From contig CM000155.2 in the NCBI GenBank assembly GCA_000004695.1, positions 544,001 through 608,000 on the forward strand: a DNA stretch of 64,000 nucleotides, written 5' to 3'. Numbering within the stretch: the stretch's first letter is position 1; each line of letters opens with the position of its first letter. The notes beneath the pieces were generated by a model that saw only the letters and a list, made by a program, of their open reading frames with translations, was not told the origin of the DNA and made no database searches. Below are positions 13,949 to 29,505 of this stretch, piece after piece. Both the position numbers and the translations under genes were made by a program. Source of the stretch: Dictyostelium discoideum. Lineage: Eukaryota.

Positions 13949-14876
13949 CGGTCGTTTTTTTTTTTTTTTTTTTTTTCATTAACGAAAAAAAAAAAAAATA
14001 AAATAAAATAAAATAAAAAAAAAAAAATTATTTTAAAAATCTCATTTTTTAACAAAATAAAGAAATAATAAGCAATATATTATTCAAATAATAAAAAATA
14101 ATAATAATAATAAAAATTAAATCTCTCATTTTTATTATTTCTTTTATTGTAACAAAATAAATTTTTTTATTTTTTTTTTTTTTATTATTTTTTTTTTTAT
14201 TATTTTTTTATTTTTTTTTTTTATTATTATTTAATTCCGATTTTAGTCATTCGCCGATCATCATGTTTAAAATTATTTTTTTTTATTTTTAAACTCAAAA
14301 ATATGGAACTATTTCCATAATAAACATCCCTAAAAAAAATTAAAAAAAAAAAAAAATAAAAAAAAAAATTAAATGAAATTTTAAATAAAAAAAAAATAAA
14401 AATAAAAAAATAAAAAATAAAAATAAATTAAAATTTCATTTAAATTTTTTTGAAATTAAATATAGATATCAACAGAAATTTTAAATAATTTTTTACAAAA
14501 ATGGATATCCACAGCCAACAGATTTTATTTTAATTTTTTTTTTTTTTTTAATATAAATAAATTTTTTTTTCTTTTTTCTTTTTTTTTACTTTTTATAATA
14601 AAAAAGAATTAAAATAATATTAAAAAAATAAAAAAAAAAAAACATATAATTTTTTTTTAATAAAAAAAAAAAAATAAAAGAATAAATTTATTTAACATTA
14701 AAAATTCTAATAATAATAATAAATAATAATAATAATAATAAATAATAATATATCAAAAGATAATTTTTTTTTAAAAAAAAAAATAAATATAAAAAGATCA
14801 TAAAAAAAAAAAAAATTGTTTTTTTTATTTTTAATACATAAAACTGGATTATAGAAATAGTAGAAAAAAAGCAAAA

Positions 14877-14898
14877 ATGGTAAAAGTAAGTATTTTAA

Positions 14899-14929
<31 letters not shown>

Positions 14930-16367
14930 TTCTTTAAAATTAATTACTAATATATATTTTTTTTTTTTTTTTTTTTTTTAATATAAATTTTAAAAGGAAA
15001 AAGAATATTATGAAAGATTAGGTGTTAAACCAGATTGTACAGAAGATGAATTAAAGAAAGCATATAGAAAGATGGCTGTTAAATACCATCCAGATAAAAA
15101 TCAAGGACCAGGTAAAGATGCAGCCGAAGCAAAATTTAAAGATATTAGTGAAGCATATGAAGTTTTAAGTGATCCAGAGAAGAGAAAGATGTACGATAGT
15201 TATGGTTCTGAAGGTATGAAGGAGAGTGGTTTCCATGCATCATCAGCTGAAGACCTCTTCTCACATTTCTTTGGTGCAGGAGGTGGCGGTGGTGGATTTA
15301 GTTTCGGAGGTGGTGGTGGTGATGATTTTGGTGGATTTAGTTTTGGTAATATGGGAGGTATGGGCGGCATGGGTGGCATGGGTGGTGGTCACAAGAAGAG
15401 AAGAAAGGGTGAAGATATTGAACATGAAATGAATAGAAGTTTGGAAGAATTATATAATGGAAAATTAGTTAAGATTTCAATTAGTAGAGATGAAGTATGT
15501 AAAACCTGTAAAGGTAGTGGTAGTAATAAACCTGGTGTAACCACAACTTGTCCAACATGTAATGGTAGTAGATACGTTTTCCAAAAGAAACAAGTGGGTC
15601 CAGGTATGATACAACAAGTTCAAACAGCATGTCACACATGTCATGGTACTGGTGAAAAGATAAAAGAAGAGGATAAATGTAAAGAATGCAAAGGTAAAAG
15701 AGTTATACAAGGTAAGAAGATCGTACAATTCCAAGTCGAGAAAGGTACTAGAGATGGCGAAAGAATCATGTTACAAGGTCAAGGTTCCGAGTATCCAGGT
15801 GTACCACCAGGTGATGTAATCATTACAATTCGTGAGAAACCAAATGTAAATTTCAAGAGAAATGGTGATAATTTAATCTACACCAAACGTTTAAAATTAT
15901 TAGACTCAATCGCTGGTAGTCAATTCATTATAAACACATTGGATCAACGTAAACTTTGGGTCAATCATGAGAAAGGTGATATAATTAAGCAAGGTGATAT
16001 GCGTTACATAGAGAATGAAGGTATGCCAATTAAAGGTACCTCTAGAAAAGGTAAATTAATCATTGCTTTTGATATTGAATATCCATCGAATCTTACAAAT
16101 GATGATATTGAAAAACTCTCTAAAATCTTACCAAAAGCTGCCACCCCTTCTGTTTCAAAATCTGATTGTAAATCGGTTGGTCTCTCAAAGGTAAACTTTA
16201 ATACCAACGAACAAAGTTCTCATGGTGGTGCTGGTGGTGCTTATCAACAACATGGTGGTGCTTATGGTCATCAAAAACAACAACAACAAGGTTTTAATCC
16301 TGCTGATTTTGGTGCTCAATTTGGTGGTGGTGGTCCACAACAAGCACAACAGTGTCAACAACAATAA
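14877..16367 (+). CDS. Type A (class I) DnaJ/Hsp40 chaperone. Structure is join(14877..14885,14997..16367), about 459 aa, with a 3-codon first exon (ATG GTA AAA) and a 111-nt intron.
   Basis: The spliced N-terminus is [38 protein letters not shown], a J domain with HPD. It is followed by a G/F-rich region ([14 protein letters not shown]), four CxxCxGxG zinc-finger repeats and a C-terminal CaaX box (CQQQ) predicting farnesylation. Confidence 0.85.
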
Positions 16368-17000
16368 ACAATTTAAAAAAAAAAAAACTAAAAATATCCA
16401 AAAATATCAAAATACCCAAAAATCTAAAATTAAAAAAAAAAAAAAAAAAATTTCCAAAACTATTATTAAATAAATTTATATAATAATTTTTTCGTTGTAC
16501 ATTTAAAAATAAATAAATCATTGTTAATTTTAAATTTAATTTTTCATTTATATTTTTATTCCTATATAGAAATAATTGGTGTATTTTTTTTTTTTTTATT
16601 ATTTGTTTCCGCCTTTTTTTTCTTAGAATTTGGACCGTTTTTGAAAAAAAAATATTTTTTTTTATTTTTTTTTTCTTTTTTTTTTTTTTTTTTTTAGTGA
16701 ATTATTTTTTTTTAATTTTTTTTTTATTTTTCTTAATGGTATCAAATAATAAAAAATATTATTGTAATATCGAGTAAAAGTAATATTATTCTATTAAGGT
16801 GGTGTTTATAATAAAACTCTATCGCTTAGAAAAAATAAAAAAAAAATAAAAAAAATAAAAAAATTAAAAAAATAAAAAAATAAAAAAAAATAAAAGATAA
16901 AAAAAATAATAAAATTATAATTTTTATAATCAATTCCAAAAAAAATAGAGAATAATAGAAGAGGAAGAAGTAGAGGTGAATAGATAGGTAGGAGTGGAGG

Positions 17001-17044
<44 letters not shown>

Positions 17045-17047
17045 AGA

Positions 17048-20580
<3,533 letters not shown>

Positions 20581-20715
20581 TAATAATAATAATAATAATA
20601 AAAATTTTAAAATAAATTATTACCCCCTTCCCAATTATTTAATAATTAGTTTAATTGATAAAAAAAAGATTTTTTTTTTTTTTTTTTTTTTTGAGTTTTA
20701 TTTAAACTTTAATTA

Positions 20716-21758
20716 TTAAAATAACAAAGAAATTATTAAAATTAATAATAATGAGAATAAAGAATAACTAATTTTTGAGGAGTCATTACAGTATTTTTCA
20801 AATGAATATTTGGTACTTGGACAAGTGTCATCATTGGTACCCAAACTTGTTTGGTAGTATTTACATACTAGTGATCTACAATTTTTAGAAGAACAAGATG
20901 AAAGGGAGAATGAATTACCACCCAAACTGCAATTATATTCATTTAAACAATCATATAATGGTAATAAAACATCTACACGAGTTTTTGGAGAAAACCATTC
21001 ATTGCATTTACTATCACATCCACATTGTTGAAATTGATCGCACACATCGTCATTATTTGTACAATTTCCATTTTGAATTGGTTCAACATATTTTTCACAA
21101 ATATTCTTATTACACTTTAATTATTATTATAAAATTAATTATTTTTGAAAATTTAAATTAGATTTATGTATTTATATTACAATTTAAAATACTTACATAT
21201 AAATCTTGATTAATGTTACAATTTTCATCTGAAACACAAGCACTGCCAAGAACATTTTGGAAAAGATTTTGACAAGTTCCAACATCTTTTTCATTTGAAT
21301 AGGCTTTTTGACAAGATAATGGATGTACACATGGTTCTTCTTTACTATTGAGTGAACAGTTTTTACCTCTTTGAATTCTTTGAGTACAAACTTTATCTTG
21401 ACAATATTGATCATATAAACAATCTTCTTCATATTTACATTCATTAGTTGGATTGGTACAAATATTTTTGGTACATGTAGAGAATTTACTGTAACAATCT
21501 GATTCTTTTTCACATTCATCACCAATTTGAGAGAACTTTGCATTAATACATTTTCCATTTACACAAACTAAACCAATTTCACAAATTCCAAAATCAGTAT
21601 CTGAATTTACAAAACATTCTTCATCCAATTGAGCTGATGGTCTACAAACATAGTTTTCTTTTTTCGTTTCATTAGTATATGGACCACAAACAAAACCATC
21701 ACTCACACAACTTCCTGTGTAAAGGAAATCACTATCAGACTTTTTATAGGTACACTAT

Positions 21759-21797
<39 letters not shown>

Positions 21798-21964
21798 TTA
21801 TGTTTTTAAAAAAATAAATGATTAATCAATTAGTAAATTTTATTCAACTTGAATTAAATTGAAATACAAACTTTTTCTTCATCTTGGAAACATTTCATAC
21901 AACTATCTCCTTTGGTCAATACGATTAGAAATATTAAAGAAATAAATGAAAATAATAATTTCAT
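20716..21964 (-). CDS. Secreted cysteine-rich protein with a hydrophobic C-terminal tail, possibly GPI-anchored. Structure is complement(join(20716..21114,21197..21754,21872..21964)), about 349 aa.
   Basis: Exon 1 encodes the signal peptide MKLLFSFISLIFLIVLTKGDSC. Exons 2 and 3 are dense in Cys (CxxxC spacing, EGF/ecm-like). The C-terminus is ...KISYSLFSLLLILIISLLF. Splice sites are GTTTGT/AATAG and GTAAGT/TTAAAG, and the frames were checked by hand. Confidence 0.55.
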
Positions 21965-22461
21965 TTTTTAATTTTAATTTTTTTTTTTTTGGAAAAAAAA
22001 ATAATAAAATGATTAAATGGTAAAAAAAAAAAAAAAAAAAAAAGAAATAAAAATAAAAAAAAAAAAGAAATCAAAATAAAAAAAATAAAAATAAAAATAA
22101 AATAAAAAGATATTTTCAAAATGATTTTCAAATAAAATAACAAGATTTTTTTTTTTTTTTTTAAAACAAATCAGTAATATTTTTTTTTTTTTTTTTTTTT
22201 TTCAAACTGCCGCCCCAAAAATTGTAAATTTGAACAAATAAATTATGATTTTTTTTTTTAATTTAAATGGATTTATTATTTGTTAAGTTTGAATTGAAGG
22301 CATTAAATTATAACATTTTCCATTACAATCACAACCTTGATCAATTGAACAAACACTTGGATTTACATTTGAAACCTCTGGTTCTACATTTTTTACAAAT
22401 TTTATTTTTATAATAACACTTTTAAAATAAAATAAAATGAAATTAGTAAAATGATTTTTTG

Positions 22462-22504
<43 letters not shown>

Positions 22505-22753
22505 ATTGGTTACTTATAAACCATCACTAGATTTATAAGAACCACCCATACCATTTATTGTTAAAGGTTGACATGTTCCAATTTCTTCGGGGATGGGGAA
22601 ATAATGCTAAAGCATAAAAAATGGTATTGGTTTTAATTTTTAATTTTTTATTATTATTTTTGTCAGAATTTATCTCTATTATTAAAAAAAATTAAATTTT
22701 GTAATTAATTATTTAAAAAGTTTTCTTTTATTGTTATAATTTTTTTATGACCT

Positions 22754-23553
22754 TCAGAATCCAATAATCAAAATAACAGAGAATAATGCCAAAGCATAAA
22801 AAATGTACTGAATGGAATGTTTTGATTGGGCACTAGAGGTAGAATCTGTTGATGAAGTAGTGGTTTTTTCCGGACCGGAACATGGAGTAATATCACTATT
22901 GTATCCTGTTGTGTTAAAAACAAAATTAATTTTATATTGTGGATTATCACTAAAAACTCCATTGAAAAATGATTGTTTGTCAGAGTACAATGAACTAAAT
23001 GTTTTTCCATTTTCTGTTTTAATACTCGAACATGATTCATATAAACCTTGAGCAAAATCAGGATGAAGAATGAAATCAATTTTAACCACTTGAAGTGTTT
23101 GTGTTATTGTCTCAGTTGGTACCATAAATGATTGTTGAAATGGTGAACAAATTGATCCACACCATAAGCTCCAAACATTGGCTAAACATCCTGGACATTG
23201 ACCAAAAAGTGTTTCATTACTTTGAATAAATGTTTTAAGTCCATTAGTTTGATATGTATAACAACATGCTTTTTGTGAATATTCTGGATGTGAAGCTTGA
23301 CATGTTCCTGAAGTAATAGAAACACTGTTATACTAAAAAAAAAAAAAAAAAAAAAACAATTTGTTAATTATGTTTAATTACTTATGGTATTTTGAAAAAG
23401 TAATTCATACTGGAGGAAATTGTGAATTTTTAACAAAAGTTGCATTATTACCAAAAATTGAACATCCTTCAGTTGTATTATAAGGGAATGGTCCTTGTGA
23501 TTTTACTAAAAGAGTAAAACAAAAAAAATAAATAAAAAAAATTAAAATTATAT
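22754..23553 (-). CDS. Secreted cysteine-rich protein with a Ser/Thr-rich stalk and a GPI-signal-like C-terminus. Structure is complement(join(22754..23332,23401..23553)), about 243 aa.
   Basis: Exon 1 is MNLNIILIFFIYFFCFTLLVKSQGPFPY... (signal peptide). The donor is GTATGA and the acceptor TTTTTTAG, with the frame verified. The mature part contains CQASHPEYSQKACCYTY...GQCPGCLANVWSLWCGSICSPF, then TTTSSTDSTSSAQS and the hydrophobic tail FYALALFSVILIIGF. Confidence 0.6.
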
Positions 23554-24897
23554 TTAAATTCATTTTGGTAAATAAAATTTAATATTTTAGAAAAAAAAAA
23601 AAAACAAAAAAATTAAAAAACAGTTCCCAATGGTTTTTTTTTTTTTTTTTTTTAAAAGATTTTTATAATAAAAATAAATATCTAAAAACGACACAATATT
23701 GTGTTGCATGTCTTAAAAAAAAAAATTAAAAAAATAAAAAAATAAAAAATAAAATAAAATAAAATTTCCAATCACTTCGTCATTTTTACAAAATTGATTC
23801 CCAAAGATATTTTTTTTTTTTTTTGGTTAATTTTGATGCATAAAATATATTTTATACAACCATTTTTGACTGAAGAGAAGAGCAATATATATAATGAATT
23901 AAAAAACTAATTACTCTGCCAACTAGGTTGTTTATTTTAAATTAAATAAAAAAATTTATTAAAGAAAATTTTATTACTATTATTATTATTTATTTATTTA
24001 TTTATTTGATTTTTTAAATTTATATGATTTTGAGTATTTTTGGGTGATCTATTTATCTATACTAAATTCATATTAAAAATAATATAATTATGATCGAGTT
24101 ATCTCGAAAAAAGTTTTTTATTTTTTAATAAAAAGCACGATTGGTAATTTAAGTACAGTAGCATTACTTGATAAAGCAGGTTTAACAAATGAAGTTTTAT
24201 TTTAATATTTTTAGGTGTATCATTATCGATATTGGGATTTGCAATATTGAGTAAACCAGTTATAGTTAATGATAAAGGTCAAATAGTAGAGAAAGAGAAT
24301 CAAATTAAGTTTATTATTATTTAAAGATAGACCAACTCGATTACTAGTGGTACCATTACTTTATAGTTAGGGTAAGTGATTTTTTTTTTTTTTTTTCAAT
24401 TGACAACCACATTTTATAACAGTTATCATCTAAAAATAATTAATAAAATTACAAATACATATTAAAAAAAAAAATAAAAATAAAAATAAAAACAATGTAA
24501 AATATAATGTTTCAAATTCAGCTTGCAGTTGAATAGTCATCTACTTTAAGACAATCAACTAAAAGAATGGACTAAAACAATTCCATCAGCTATAATTAAA
24601 ACTTAATTTATATAATTTTAATAATATTAAAAATTAAAAAAAATATTTTAAAATTTGTAAATTATGTATTTTTTTTTTTTTTGTAAATTTTCTATTTTTT
24701 CCACTATTTAAAAGTCATTTGATTTGAATTTTTAAGTTTTTAATTTCACATATTCATTTTTTTTTTTTTTTATTTTAATTTTCAAAACAAATAATAATAA
24801 TTTTTTTTGAGCCCTTATTTTTTTATTTACTCAAAATAGACTCGAATACCCTTTTGTCAACTAATTAATTTCGAAACTAATTCGGTTTTAAGTTTTA

Positions 24898-24937
<40 letters not shown>

Positions 24938-25330
24938 AATATTATTATTTGTTACAAACAAACACAAAAAAAAAAAAATTAGTATTATTATTTGTAACAA
25001 ACACAATAAAAAAAAATAATAATTATGTTATTTATTAAATTATTTTTTTGTTAATTTTCATTCTAATTTTTAGAGATAATCTAAAAAAAAAAACATAATG
25101 TGTTGGGTGGAAAAAAAATATATATATATAAATAGATGAAGATATAAAATCTTTTGATAAAATATTTGTAATTAACCCAAAAAAGGTAAAAATAATATTG
25201 TGTAACTAAATAAATATTATTATGAAAAAAATTATAAGTTTTTAACTTTTTTAAAAAATTAGTTTTTTTTTTTTTTTTTTTTTAGAAATAATAATTATTA
25301 TTATCATTATTATTAATTTGTAAAGTCATA

Positions 25331-26269
25331 ATGTTAAATAAAATAATATTAATATTTTTTTTAATAAATAATATATTTTCAATAGTTGTTTCCTCAACAA
25401 AATTAAATCCATGGGTTTTTGAGGAAAGAATTAAATTATATGATATATTAATTAATTCAACAAAAGTTGAAATTTTTGGAGATGATAATTTAAATAATTG
25501 TTTTCAAGGTTTTAAAATCCAACTTGAATGGCAAAAAACAACAGGTAGATCAATGATAATTGATAATTCGAATATTAGTGTTAATAGTTGGTGGGGATCA
25601 ATGAACTATTATGAATCAATCATACCATTTATATCTGCTATGAATTTAGGTATTATACAACCACCAATTGAACTGGTTAATATTGGAGATGACAGATTTT
25701 GTACAGACTATTCTGAATGTGATAAAGAGTTAATGGAGCCATGGGATTTATATTTCCAATTTTTAATTAAAATTAAAGATGAAAAGTATAGCTATTCAAT
25801 TCAACAACAAATATTAAAATATAATTGGGATGGACATATGAAAAGTTTAAGTATTGGTTTAAAATTATTTAATGATAAATTGAATTATCTTTCAAAAAAT
25901 GAAATTAAATTCTCAACTGGATTTGTTCATTTTGTTGATATTATATCATTAATTAATTTCAATACAAATTATAGCCAAATTTTACCAATTTTCGATTCAC
26001 TTCCACCAAGAATGTTAACAAATTCTGATCATCCACCATTTTTTAAAGGTTTTACAAGAACTCAAAATTTTTATACTGTATCAGTTTTATCAATTAATGA
26101 ATTACATGAAAATCAAATACTATGGAATTATTTTTTAAATCTTTTAAAAACAAAAACTGAAAATGAAAAATGTCGTGATTTTATAAATCAAGAAATTATT
26201 AATTTTACAAAATACCCTGAATCAACATTAGTTAAATTATTATTAAAACTTTTATTAAATAATTGTTAA
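25331..26269 (+). CDS. Hypothetical secreted protein of 312 aa with an N-terminal signal peptide.
   Basis: This is a single ORF. The N-terminus MLNKIILIFFLINNIFSIVVSS is a strongly hydrophobic signal. I recognise no conserved domain, and the codon usage is typical of the flanking genes. Confidence 0.45.
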   Translation: MLNKIILIFFLINNIFSIVVSSTKLNPWVFEERIKLYDILINSTKVEIFGDDNLNNCFQGFKIQLEWQKTTGRSMIIDNSNISVNSWWGSMNYYESIIPFISAMNLGIIQPPIELVNIGDDRFCTDYSECDKELMEPWDLYFQFLIKIKDEKYSYSIQQQILKYNWDGHMKSLSIGLKLFNDKLNYLSKNEIKFSTGFVHFVDIISLINFNTNYSQILPIFDSLPPRMLTNSDHPPFFKGFTRTQNFYTVSVLSINELHENQILWNYFLNLLKTKTENEKCRDFINQEIINFTKYPESTLVKLLLKLLLNNC

Positions 26270-26693
26270 TTTAAATTAAATAAAAAAAAAAAAAAAAAAA
26301 AAAAAAAAAGAATCTGCCCTACCTTTTAAAATTTTTTAACAAAAGTAATGTTTGTGTATGGAATTGGCATAACTTCGAAACATAACTTTAAATTAAAAAT
26401 TTCAAAAAGCAGGGAAGGGTACATTGAGAGTCTCATTACTTTTTCACACTCTGATATCAAAAAAAAAAATAATAATAATATAAAAAGAAAAAAAAATATA
26501 GAAATTGAAGAATAATTATAAAATAAAACGAATATTTTTTGAAATAAAATTTTATTTGTTTTTTTTTTTTTTTTTTTAATTTTATATCTAAAGTTGAGTC
26601 GATAAATTATTAATTACCTTAAAATGGTGAATTACTGAGATAGCTTTCAAAAATTGAAAAATTTCATCTAGAGATATCTCAATCAAAATGGGC

Positions 26694-26745
<52 letters not shown>

Positions 26746-27006
26746 GTTATTATTAATTATTATTATTATTATTACTACTAACTAAATCTTCTTCCTCTTC
26801 TTCTTCTTCCTCTTCTTCATCATCCTCCGAGATATTTTTTTTGAAAAAAAAAAAAAATCACCAAAGCGCTGGTGGTAAAAAAAGATTTTTTTTTTTGCCA
26901 GTTAACTTTTAATTATTACCCAAAAAATTTCAACAAATTTTTTTTTATTTTTTTTTTTTTTTTTATAATTTACTTTTTTTAATTTTTGATCAACATTAAA
27001 CATAAA

Positions 27007-27492
27007 ATGGATAACAATTATAATAAATATTGTTCAGGACAGTTAAAAATAATTTCTGATTTTGATAAAATTCAAGAAATATTTCAAATTGTTTTAAAAA
27101 ATCATGTCAATAACCAAGATACAAACGATAATATTAAAATTTTAGATATCGGTTGTTCACATGGTAAAAATTCAATAATTGTCTTAAAACCATTAATTGA
27201 ACAAATTAGAAATAAATGGAAGCCAAATGAAAAAGTAATTGAAATATTTCATTCAGATTTATCAGTAAATGATTTTTCAAAATTATTTAATGAAGTTTAT
27301 CATTTAAATTCATATTCTAATAAAATCAATAATATTTTTACATATGGTATTGGTAATGGATTTGAGAATCAATTAGTACCAGATAATTCAATTGATTTTA
27401 TATTTTCATTTACAACTTTACAATGGGTACCATTTATAGGTAAATATAAATCATTTGAAGGTTCATTATATAATATTTTTTTAAAAATTTAA
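27007..27492 (+). pseudogene. 5'-half copy of a SABATH/Methyltransf_7-like SAM-dependent methyltransferase, truncated after about 155 codons.
   Basis: MDNNYNKYCSGQLKIISDFDKIQEIF...ILDIGCSHGKNSI... matches the N-terminal half of the intact paralogs at 27564 and 31206. Homology ends at ...FEGSLY, followed by a stop and the promoter of the next copy. Confidence 0.6.
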
Positions 27493-27563
27493 TTTATTTA
27501 GTTTATATTTTTAAATTTATTTTTTATTTGTTTAGTTTTTTTTTTTTTTTTTATAAAAATAAA

Positions 27564-28610
27564 ATGGATAATAGTTATAGTAAATATTGTTCTGGACAAT
27601 TAAAAATAATTTCAGATTTTAATAAATTTCAAGAAATATTTAAAATTGTTTTAAAAAATCATGTTAATAATCAAGGTACCCAGGATAATAATAATATTAG
27701 ATTTTTGGATATTGGTTGTTCACATGGAAAAAATTCAATAATTGTATTAGAGCCATTAATTGAAAAAGTTAGAAATCAATGGAAGCCAAATGAAAAAGTA
27801 ATTGAAATATTTCATTCAGATTTACCAGTGAATGATTTTTCAAAATTATTTAATGAAATTTATCATTTAAATTCATATTCAAATAAAATCAATAATATTT
27901 TTACATATGGCATTGGTAATGCTTTTGAAAATCAATTAGTACCAGATAATTCAATTGATTTTATATTTTCATTTACAGCAATACATTGGATACCATTTTT
28001 AAGTGAATATAAATCATTTGAAGGTTCCTTATACATACCAATTACTTATCGTTTACCAGGTTTTGAAAATTATTATAAAGAAAGATTATTAAATGTATTA
28101 AAAAATCGTTATAATGAATTAAAAGTCGGTGGTATTTTTTCATTTAATCTTTTCATTCAAGAAGATCAAGGTAGTGAAAATGAAGAAAAAAGTAAATCAC
28201 TTTATTATTGTTTGAAAAACATTAAAGAAATTCTTAGAGAAATGAGTTATGAATCAATTTTATCAAGAGAAGAAGTTGAAAATATGATTGTTCCAGCCAC
28301 AATTTATTCTAGAGATGAATATCAATATGCAATTGATAAATCAACTAATAATACTGGTCTAAAATTAATTTATGAAAATAGAATAACATCTAATTGGGCT
28401 GATAGTTATCAAGATGATGAATCTTATATTGGTTCACTTGTTGGATTTATTAGTAATTTCATTAAAAATGCAATTAATGGTGATAGTGATAGAGTTGATT
28501 CAGTATTCAATGATTTCAAACAACGTCTACATTTAAAATATAAATTAAATCCAAAAGATTTCCAATTTCATCTTTGCAATTTATATTTATCATTTTTAAA
28601 AGAAAATTAA
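27564..28610 (+). CDS. SAM-dependent methyltransferase, SABATH/Methyltransf_7-like, intact copy of about 348 aa.
   Basis: The SAM-binding motif is ILDIGCSHGKNSI (compare LDLGCSSGPN in the SABATH family). A ...YKERLLNVLKNRYNELKVGGIFSFNLF segment follows. This is a full-length ORF, 85-90% identical to the copy at 31206. Confidence 0.7.
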   Translation: MDNSYSKYCSGQLKIISDFNKFQEIFKIVLKNHVNNQGTQDNNNIRFLDIGCSHGKNSIIVLEPLIEKVRNQWKPNEKVIEIFHSDLPVNDFSKLFNEIYHLNSYSNKINNIFTYGIGNAFENQLVPDNSIDFIFSFTAIHWIPFLSEYKSFEGSLYIPITYRLPGFENYYKERLLNVLKNRYNELKVGGIFSFNLFIQEDQGSENEEKSKSLYYCLKNIKEILREMSYESILSREEVENMIVPATIYSRDEYQYAIDKSTNNTGLKLIYENRITSNWADSYQDDESYIGSLVGFISNFIKNAINGDSDRVDSVFNDFKQRLHLKYKLNPKDFQFHLCNLYLSFLKEN

Positions 28611-29280
28611 ACTTTATAAAAATAAAATTAAAAAAATGAATAAATAATTTTAAGAAAACAAAAAAATAAAGTATATATGAGTTTACAATCACAATATATA
28701 TATATTTATTTTTTTATTTTTTATAAATATTTTTAAAAAAGTAGTCAAAGTGTTGAATTTTTTTTTTTTTTTTTTTTTTTTTTTTGTGTTCACTTGCTGC
28801 AATGATTTTTTTTATTAATTTTATATATTTATTTTTTTATCTATATGAAAAAATAATAATTTAATAGAATTAATTATCTTTTGAATTAGATATGTGGTAA
28901 AAAAAAGAAATTAATGAAAACGTAATAACCACTTTTTTTTTTCTTTTTTCTTTTTTTTTTTTTTTTGGGGATATGAAAATGCTTTTAATACTATATAAAA
29001 AATAAATTTTATACTTTGGGTTTAAAAAAAAATAAAAAAATACCCAACTCAAATGGCAATCTGAATTTTTAATTTGTAATTTATGTAACATTTTAAAAAA
29101 AAAAAAAAAAAAAAAAATAACTTTGTATTTTAAAAATAAATTAAAAACTATATTTATAATAGTTATAAATTAATGAGTATATAATCTTTCCAATGTTTTC
29201 TATAAAGAAAAACTTTTTTCAAGACACATAAATAATTTTTTTTTTTTTTAAACTATTTTTTCTTTTTGTTTACTATAGTA

Positions 29281-29490
29281 ACTTTGGTGGGTTGAAGGCT
29301 GGTGTGAACGAGTCGTGGAATGAGCCGTCCAAGACTGACTCGTCGTCGACCTTGATGGTGAAGGTGTTGTCTGGTCTGATGATCAAGGTGTAGATATGCG
29401 ACACTCTGTCTTTTCTAACCGATGGTTTTGCAGTGATCAATTTCTCTTCGTGTACGTTTGTGATTGGGTTACGATCGTTTAGTTTTATTT
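29281..29490 (-). pseudogene. Isolated roughly 68-codon fragment of a calnexin/calreticulin-family lectin chaperone gene, with no start codon and no flanking exons.
   Basis: The minus-strand translation is NDRNPITNVHEEKLITAKPSVRKDRVSHIYTLIIRPDNTFTIKVDDESVLDGSFHDSFTPAFNPPK. This matches the conserved HLYTLI(V/L)RPDN(T/S)(Y/F)E(V/I) core of calnexin and calreticulin. Codon usage is GC-rich in third positions (GTC GAC GAC GAG...), typical of highly expressed Dictyostelium genes. The surrounding DNA is AT-rich with stops in all frames. Confidence 0.65.
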
Positions 29491-29505
29491 TTAAAATTAA
29501 AATGG

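Noticed and set aside
15226-16521. ORFs inside or just after DnaJ (15226..15432, 15477..15734, 16004..16207, 16222..16473, 16294..16521).
   Set aside because: They are out-of-frame or antisense of the DnaJ CDS. The downstream ones are poly-K/poly-F from A/T runs.
24100-24600. Moderately GC-containing island (...GVSLSILGFAILSKPVIVNDKGQIVEKENQIKFIII... readable on the plus strand) in the 23.6-25.3 kb intergenic region.
   Set aside because: The longest open frame is under 40 codons. There is no start or splice context that extends it and no recognisable similarity. It may be an element remnant or a small exon, but the sequence alone does not support a feature call.
26690-26830. (ATT)n followed by a (CTT/CTC)n tract that reads on the minus strand as ...SEDDEEEEEEEEEDLVSSNNNN...
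   Set aside because: It is probably a simple-sequence composite. No extended ORF or splice sites connect it to a gene.
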